DNA from: an uncultured Candidatus Binatia bacterium
Lineage (GTDB): Bacteria; Desulfobacterota; Binatia; UBA9968; JAJDTQ01
DNA: 64,000 nucleotides
Assembly: GCA_965242525.1 (NCBI GenBank)
Contig: OZ251459.1
Location: forward strand, 3,008,001-3,072,000
Direction of reading: 5' to 3'
Positions 58,334 through 64,000 of this stretch are shown in pieces. Position numbers and translations under genes: made by a program. Below the pieces are notes generated by a model, which worked only from the letters and a program-made list of their open reading frames with translations, was not told the DNA's origin and ran no database searches. Position 1 is the stretch's first letter; each line of letters starts with the position of its first letter.

Positions 58334-59583
58334 GTGGACAATCTACGGCGGGTGACGATGCGGATGCGGGCGCCGTCCACCAGCAGGCGCTGTCCCGCGG
58401 TCACGAGGAGTTCCCCGGGCCGAAGCCCCGCCTCGATCATGTAGCGCGGCCCGAACCTCCGGGAGATGGTCACCTCCCGGCGCGCGGCCAGGTTGCGCCG
58501 GGGGTCGGCCACGAAGACGGTGGGCTTGCCGTCCTCGAACAGGACGCTCTCCCGCGGGACCAGGACGGCGTCGGGGTACTCGCCCACCGGGATGGCCGCG
58601 CTTGCGAACATCCCCGGAAGCAGCTTGCGGCCGGGAGGGTTCGCCACGAAGATCTCCACCGGGAACGAGCGGGTCTCCAGGTCGGCCCGGGGACCGATGT
58701 TGGTCACCCGGCCGGCAAACTCCTCCCCCAGCCCGCGCACCCGGACCCTGGCCGCGGCGCGGGCGTCGAGCCGGTGGATGTCCTCTGCGGGGATGCGCAC
58801 TTCGAGCTTCACCGTCTCGATGTCCGCCAGTCGAAAGAGCACCTGCCCCGGGGTGACCCGTTCCCCCAGGGTCACGCTCTTGCGCGTGATGACGCCCGCG
58901 AAGGGGGCGCGGATCCCGGTGTCCTTCAAGGTCGCCTGCGCCTGTTCCCGCTGCACCCGGGCCAGGGCGAGGTCCGCCCTGGCGATGGCGTGGAGGGCTT
59001 TCGTCTCCCGCCGTCCGCTGCGGGCGAACTCCAGCTCTTCCTCGATCCGCCGCCACGCCAACTCCTGCCGCTCGGCTTCCTGGCTGGAGACCAGCCCCTT
59101 CTCCAGGAGTTTCGAGAGCCTCCGGTGTTCCGAGCGCGCCAGCCGCAACTGTTCCCGGTTGAGATGCACCAGCTTGCGCTGTCTTTCGATGTCCACCGCG
59201 GCCTTGGCCACCCTGGCCTCGGCGCTGGCCACCTGGGCCTCGGCCTTCCTCACCGAGATCTCGAAGTCCCTGGCATCGACTTGCGCGAGCAGGTCTCCCG
59301 CCCGGACCACGCTGCCGATGTCACTGTTGGGGTAGATGCGGGCGATGCGGCCGCTGATCTCCGGACTGACCGGGCCTTCCCGCGCCGCGGAGATGGTGCC
59401 CAGGGCTTCGATCCGGTGCACGAAGTCCGCGGCCACCACGGCCGCGGCCTCCACCGGCACCGGCACGGGTTCGGGTTGGGCCGGAGGCGTCTCCTCAACG
59501 TCCTTGGCGACCCAGACGCCGACCGCGGTAACCGCGCTCAGCAGCAGGATGAGCAGTACGGACACGGCGATACGGATCTTCAT
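58330..59583 (-). CDS. RND membrane fusion protein
   Basis: N-terminal TM, lipoyl/coiled-coil region, IRAPFAGVI, LLPGM, GLRPGE. Confidence 0.93.
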   Translation of the reverse strand: MKIRIAVSVLLILLLSAVTAVGVWVAKDVEETPPAQPEPVPVPVEAAAVVAADFVHRIEALGTISAAREGPVSPEISGRIARIYPNSDIGSVVRAGDLLAQVDARDFEISVRKAEAQVASAEARVAKAAVDIERQRKLVHLNREQLRLARSEHRRLSKLLEKGLVSSQEAERQELAWRRIEEELEFARSGRRETKALHAIARADLALARVQREQAQATLKDTGIRAPFAGVITRKSVTLGERVTPGQVLFRLADIETVKLEVRIPAEDIHRLDARAAARVRVRGLGEEFAGRVTNIGPRADLETRSFPVEIFVANPPGRKLLPGMFASAAIPVGEYPDAVLVPRESVLFEDGKPTVFVADPRRNLAARREVTISRRFGPRYMIEAGLRPGELLVTAGQRLLVDGARIRIVTRRRLST

Positions 59584-59779
59584 GCCATGCTCCTCCCGAC
59601 CGTTCGCGCAAGGACTCGCCGCCTTTCCCGGTATCGGGGCCTGCCGCGGACAGGCCCCGGACCCCCGCCGGGACGCGGCCGGACGGAAGCCGGCGCGCGT
59701 CGCCGCGGCCGCCCGGGACGGGCCAACCGCTCCCTGTGAGGCTATAACCGGAACCGGGGCAAGTCAACGGGGAAAAACG

Positions 59780-60619
59780 TCATCCGCGGTGGTCCGCGGG
59801 TTCGGTCCCCGGCGCCTTGCGGTCTCCGTCGGGGACGATCAACAGCCGGCGCAAGGGACCCTGGCCGAGGCTCCGGGTGGTGAGCCAGGGGTCGTCCTTC
59901 AGGGCCATGTGGACGATGCGCCTGTCCGCGGCGTTGAGGGCCTCCATCTCCTGGGTCGTGCGGCTGCGCTTGGCCTTCTCGCCCAGGCGCAGCGCCATGT
60001 CCTCCAGGGTCCTCACGCGCCTCCTGCGGTAGCCTTCCACGTCCACCACCGGCTGGGGCGGGTCCGGCCCCACCCGGTCGGCCACGATGCGGCCCACCAT
60101 GTGCTGGAGGGCCTCCAGGGTCTGGCCCCGCCGGCCGATCAGCAGGGCGCTGCTCTCGCCGCGGATGTCCAGCCGCAACTCCGAGGGGTCGCCGCCCGGC
60201 TCCACCGCCACCTCCGCGCTCATTCCCATGAGGTCGAGTATCCGCGTGAGCGCCTCGACGCTGGTCTTCCGCACCTCGCCGACGCGCTCGGCGGTGGCCG
60301 CGGGCTCCGCTGCCAGGGGCTCCGCCGGGGCGGTCCGCGGTTTCGCCGGCTCTGCCGGCTCCGCTTCGGGCGGCTCATCCGCCATCGTCGCCGCGGGCGC
60401 GGGCGGATCCGCCTCGGCGTCCTGGTCCGCCGGGACGCCGGTGACGGCCTGACGCACCGTGGCGCGGACCCGCGCGTTCTGGCGCCCGAAGCCGAGCAGT
60501 CCCACCTTCTCTTCGGCCAGGACGTCCAGCGACACCTTGTCGCGCTCGACGCCCAGCAGGCTCAGGGCCTTGTGGATGGCTGCATCCAGGGTCTCTCCTT
60601 CCGTCTCCACTTGCTTCAT
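59780..60619 (-). CDS. jag: Jag/KhpB (EloR) RNA-binding protein
   Basis: Jag_N domain, KH LIGRRGQTLEALQ, R3H DRRIVH. Confidence 0.93.
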   Translation of the reverse strand: MKQVETEGETLDAAIHKALSLLGVERDKVSLDVLAEEKVGLLGFGRQNARVRATVRQAVTGVPADQDAEADPPAPAATMADEPPEAEPAEPAKPRTAPAEPLAAEPAATAERVGEVRKTSVEALTRILDLMGMSAEVAVEPGGDPSELRLDIRGESSALLIGRRGQTLEALQHMVGRIVADRVGPDPPQPVVDVEGYRRRRVRTLEDMALRLGEKAKRSRTTQEMEALNAADRRIVHMALKDDPWLTTRSLGQGPLRRLLIVPDGDRKAPGTEPADHRG

Positions 60620-60668
60620 CACGAGCCGCTCCTCTCGGAGGTGGACAGCCTCGGGGACTGCCGCGCCG

Positions 60669-62288
60669 TCAACGCTCCTTGCGGTTGATCATGTATTGCT
60701 GGACGATGCTCAGGATGTTGTTGACGAACCAGTAGATCGTGAGTCCCGCGGGAAAGCTTACGAATATGACGGTAAACACGAGGGGCATGAGCATCATCAT
60801 GCGCCGCTGGTTCGGGTCGCCGATGGCCGGGGACATCCACTGCTGGATGAACATGCTCGCTCCCATGAGCAGCACGAGCACCGGGATGCCGACTTCGTAG
60901 CCGAACAGGCTGACGGGGAGCGATTCCCAGTCCGGACGGGAAAGGTCGGTGATCCACAGGAAGCTCGCATGGCGCAGCTCGATGGGCGTCAGCAGGGCGT
61001 TGTAGAAGCCGATGAAGAAGGGGAACTGGAGGAGCATGGGCAGGCAGCCCCCAAGCGGGTTCACGTGGTTCCGCTTGTAGAGGTCCATCATCTCCTTGTT
61101 GAGGCGCGTCTTGTCGTCGCCGAACTTTTCCTTGAGGCGCTGCATCTGCGGTTGCAGTTTCTGCATGCGCTTCATGGAGACGAAGCTCTTCTGGGTCAGC
61201 GGCCACAACAGCAGCTTGATGAGGAGCGTGAGCAGGATGATGTCCAGGCCGTAGTTGCGCGTGTAGGTGTGGAAGAAGTTCAACGCGTGCAGCATGGGCA
61301 CGGCGATGAAGGCGAAATAGCCGAAGTCGATGGACTGCTCGAGGCCCCGGTCGAAGGATTCCAGCAGGTTGAGGACCTTCGGCCCCATGAAGAGGCGGTA
61401 ACGGACGGCGCCGTCCCCGGGGGAGAGGGACCGGCCCCGGGCCTCCATGACGAACCCACCGTCCTGGCGCGTCACCGTCGCTTCGGCCTCGACTCCGTCC
61501 CCGGGGATGAGCGCGGCGACGAAATAGGTGTAGCCGAAACCGGCCCAGGACAGCGGGTCGTCGATCTTCACCCGGCCTTCGATGTCGTCCGGCCATTCCC
61601 GGACGATGTCTCCGTCCCGGAGCGCGATGAGCCCCTCGAAGAGGGCGTCGCCCTTGACGCCCTTGTTCTCGCCGCGGGTGGGGAACAGCAGCCCCGCCCC
61701 TTGCGGCGCCCCGTCGATGGACACGGCCACTTCCACCGCGTAGCTGGAGCCGCTGAAGGTGAACTGCTTGACGATGCGCCGCCCCGACGGCGCGGCTCCG
61801 ACGAAGGAGATGCTCCCGTCGCCGCCGGCCTCCAGGTTCAGGTCCACGCCGCGCACTTCATAGACGATCCCCCGGTCGTCGCCAGTGGGCGTCTCCTGCA
61901 GGCGCAGCCCGAGGGGAAGCTCCACGCCGGCGCCCGCGGAGACCATGTCCATCAACGGGCTGTCGGCCTCCACCCCGGCCCGGTAGCGCTTCAGGCGGAA
62001 GCTCGCGAGCCGCCCCCCTTGGCTGGTGAAGCGCGCGATGTAGTCGGGGGTCTCCACCGTCACTTCCCGGACCGGCGCGTTGCGGACGGCCTCGGCGGGC
62101 GCGGATGGCGCCGTCAGCGGCCGCGGGGACGGCGCTGCCTGCGGCGCGGGACCCTCCTCCCTGACCCCCTGCCCCGCGGTCTCTTGCGCCGGAGGCGGCG
62201 CGGCCGGATAGAACCGCCTCATGTACTCCTGGTAGAGGATGATGATCAGGATCGAGACGACGACCGCTATGAAGGCTCGCTTTTCCAT
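60669..62288 (-). CDS. yidC: Membrane protein insertase YidC
   Basis: NYGLDIILLT, SMKRMQKLQP, VNPLGGCLPMLLQ, GLTIYW. Confidence 0.96.
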   Translation of the reverse strand: MEKRAFIAVVVSILIIILYQEYMRRFYPAAPPPAQETAGQGVREEGPAPQAAPSPRPLTAPSAPAEAVRNAPVREVTVETPDYIARFTSQGGRLASFRLKRYRAGVEADSPLMDMVSAGAGVELPLGLRLQETPTGDDRGIVYEVRGVDLNLEAGGDGSISFVGAAPSGRRIVKQFTFSGSSYAVEVAVSIDGAPQGAGLLFPTRGENKGVKGDALFEGLIALRDGDIVREWPDDIEGRVKIDDPLSWAGFGYTYFVAALIPGDGVEAEATVTRQDGGFVMEARGRSLSPGDGAVRYRLFMGPKVLNLLESFDRGLEQSIDFGYFAFIAVPMLHALNFFHTYTRNYGLDIILLTLLIKLLLWPLTQKSFVSMKRMQKLQPQMQRLKEKFGDDKTRLNKEMMDLYKRNHVNPLGGCLPMLLQFPFFIGFYNALLTPIELRHASFLWITDLSRPDWESLPVSLFGYEVGIPVLVLLMGASMFIQQWMSPAIGDPNQRRMMMLMPLVFTVIFVSFPAGLTIYWFVNNILSIVQQYMINRKER

Positions 62289-62294
62289 GGGGTT

Positions 62295-62516
62295 TCACGG
62301 AACCGGGTCATACCCTCCGTCGTGGAACGGGTGGCAGCGCAGGATCCTCGACGCCCCCAGCAGGATTCCCCTGGCCGCGCCGTGGCGCTCCACCGCCTGC
62401 AGCGCATAGGCGGAGCAGGTGGGGAAGAACCGGCAGGAACGAGGCAACAGCGGCGAGAGGAAGCATTGGTAGCCCCTGATGCAGGTCCTCACGACGATGC
62501 GGGCGAGGGCGCTCAT
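62295..62516 (-). CDS. yidD: Membrane protein insertion efficiency factor YidD
   Basis: [25 protein letters not shown]. Confidence 0.95.
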   Translation of the reverse strand: MSALARIVVRTCIRGYQCFLSPLLPRSCRFFPTCSAYALQAVERHGAARGILLGASRILRCHPFHDGGYDPVP

Positions 62517-62520
62517 GGGG

Positions 62521-62877
62521 TCACCGGGGCTTCGGGTCCGGCCCGGTCGCCTTGCGGAGCTCCGCGGCCATGGCGGCGTAACTCAACTCTCCCGCTCCCC
62601 TTCGCGCGATGACCACCGTGTCCTGGTCGGGGCGGAACCTCTCCCGCCCGCGGCGAAAGAACTCGCGCACCCTGCGCTTCACGCGGTTGCGGACCACCGC
62701 CTTCCCCACCTTGGCGCTGACCGTGATCCCCAGCCGCTTGCCCAGCCGGTCGTTGTCTCTACGGATGATGACGAAGTGCGGCGTGTAGGACTTCCTGCCC
62801 CTGCGGGACAGGAGCAGGAACTCGGAACGTCTGGTCAGGCGGGCTTCCTTGGGGAAACTCTCGCGGACACAGGACAA
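62521..62877 (-). CDS. rnpA: Ribonuclease P protein component
   Basis: [25 protein letters not shown]; start approximate. Confidence 0.93.
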   Translation of the reverse strand: MSCVRESFPKEARLTRRSEFLLLSRRGRKSYTPHFVIIRRDNDRLGKRLGITVSAKVGKAVVRNRVKRRVREFFRRGRERFRPDQDTVVIARRGAGELSYAAMAAELRKATGPDPKPR

Positions 62878-62886
62878 CGGCTCGTC

Positions 62887-63048
62887 CTAGGAACGAGGTC
62901 CCTTCGGCGGGATGACGACGGTCAGCCGCTTCCTTCCCTTGGCCCTCCGGCGCTTGAGCACGTTGCGTCCGCCGGGGGTCTCCATTCGCGCAAAGAAGCC
63001 GTGGGTCCTCTTCCGCTTCAGGTTGCTCGGTTGATACGTCCGCTTCAT
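62887..63048 (-). CDS. rpmH: 50S ribosomal protein L34
   Basis: [22 protein letters not shown]...RRAKGRKRL. Confidence 0.97.
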   Translation of the reverse strand: MKRTYQPSNLKRKRTHGFFARMETPGGRNVLKRRRAKGRKRLTVVIPPKGPRS

Positions 63049-63374
63049 TTGCGACCCCCGTCCTTCCGTACATCCTTCAGGGTTCCCTTTCAAGCATACG
63101 GGCAAGGGCTTGTCAATTCGCGGTGCGCCCCGGCGCCGCCCCCTCCCGCCCGCGCCCGAACCCGACCCCTGGACCCGGACCGCCCCTTGACCCTCCCCGC
63201 CCCTCCTGCCATGCTCCCCCGTGACCCAGGCCGGGCCACGGTTGCCCCCGATGCGGGGACCCCGGAGCCAACCGGACCGCTCCCGCGAGGACCCTGCGAG
63301 GACATGGCGGCCGATCAGGCAGCCAACCCTTCCCCGGGGAGAAGAAAATCGAGCCGGATGAAACGGGACAGTTC

Positions 63375-64000
63375 ATGAGCAAGCTCGGGAATACTGCACG
63401 AACGCCCCTGTTCCCGGAATCGCGGGGGCGCCCGAGATACCCTGATATTGGAGACAGGTTCGTCCGCGGCCAGGCGGAAATCCATTTCGACCGAGCCGAG
63501 AACCTGTATGCGTCGTGGCAAAGACCCACCTGCATCATTTCCGACGGACCCTACGGCATCAGCGGATACCCCGGCGACAACCACAAGGCCGAAACCCTCG
63601 CCGACTGGTACGAGCCCCACATCAAGTTGTGGAGCGAGTACTCGTCACCCGAAACAACCCTCTGGTTCTGGAACACCGAAGCAGGCTGGGCAACCGTACA
63701 CCCCGTGCTGTTGGCAAATGGTTGGGAGTATCGCTGCTGCAACATCTGGGACAAGGGGTTGGGGCACGTCGCGGGCAACGCGAATACGCAGACGCTGCGC
63801 AAGTTCCCGGTCGTCACCGAGGTCTGCGCCCATTACGTCAAGGCGGCAACGTTTCAGGCGGACGGCAAGTCACTGACCATGCAGGAATGGCTTCGTCATG
63901 AGTGGAAACGGACCGGATTGCCGTTTCGCTTCGCCAACGAAGCGTGCGGCGTACTCAACGCCGCGACCCGAAAATATCTCACCGCAGACCATCTCTGGTA
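63375..64000 (+). CDS. Amino-DNA methyltransferase, N-terminal part (truncated by the window end)
   Basis: Manual translation, absent from the ORF track because no stop falls in the window: ...PTCIISDGPYGISGYPGD...WYEPHI...TTLWFWNTE.GWATVHP...IWDKG; DGPY is read as a motif IV variant. Confidence 0.75.
   Translation, partial: MSKLGNTARTPLFPESRGRPRYPDIGDRFVRGQAEIHFDRAENLYASWQRPTCIISDGPYGISGYPGDNHKAETLADWYEPHIKLWSEYSSPETTLWFWNTEAGWATVHPVLLANGWEYRCCNIWDKGLGHVAGNANTQTLRKFPVVTEVCAHYVKAATFQADGKSLTMQEWLRHEWKRTGLPFRFANEACGVLNAATRKYLTADHLW

Noticed and set aside
63093-63116. Minus-strand TTGACA...TATGCT as the rpmH promoter
   Set aside because: Spacer is only 12 bp.
63049-63374. oriC next to rpmH
   Set aside because: GC-rich, no DnaA boxes or AT-rich unwinding element seen.
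1-64000. tRNA, rRNA or integrase/att site bounding the islands
   Set aside because: None recognised by eye; tRNAscan-SE and Infernal would be needed to exclude them.

Overview
High-GC bacterial chromosome segment; the gene set and REP/MITE style resemble Deltaproteobacteria/Binatota-like genomes, but taxonomy cannot be fixed from sequence alone. It has four blocks. (1) 1-15.3 kb, accessory region: IS1634 fragment, a large dynamin-like GTPase behind a consensus promoter flanked by inverted tandem 8-mers, an intact IS630, a frameshifted phage-structural-like gene, a Schlafen/AlbA_2-HATPase-RRM fusion, DUF3500, an orphan higA with almost all of higB deleted, an AAA_14/DUF4143 ATPase, a type II R-M pair and an S8 lipoprotein protease. 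(2) 15.5-27.2 kb, housekeeping: nitrilase and a nuoA-C-D-H-I-J-K-L-M-N operon lacking nuoB and nuoEFG. (3) 27.3-49 kb, defence island built on class I DISARM (drmD, drmMI, drmA, drmB; no drmC; drmB has an amber stop and drmMI a frameshift). Nested in it are an uncharacterised nucleotide-modification-associated cassette (XRE, unknown helical protein, ThsB-like TIR, Nmad2 with an antitoxin-like tail, VapC, MazG/MazG-C, 5-hmdU-DNA-kinase-like protein coupled to drmMI), a DUF2335 pair and a 36-30-36 bp repeat-spacer-repeat. (4) 49.2-64 kb, housekeeping: ribBA-like, pyrF, proS, RND pump, jag-yidC-yidD-rnpA-rpmH, followed by a DNA methyltransferase where dnaA often sits. The best candidate for an undescribed system is the TIR/Nmad2/MazG/5-hmdU-kinase cassette inside DISARM. 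All family calls come from motif recognition by eye; no searches were run.
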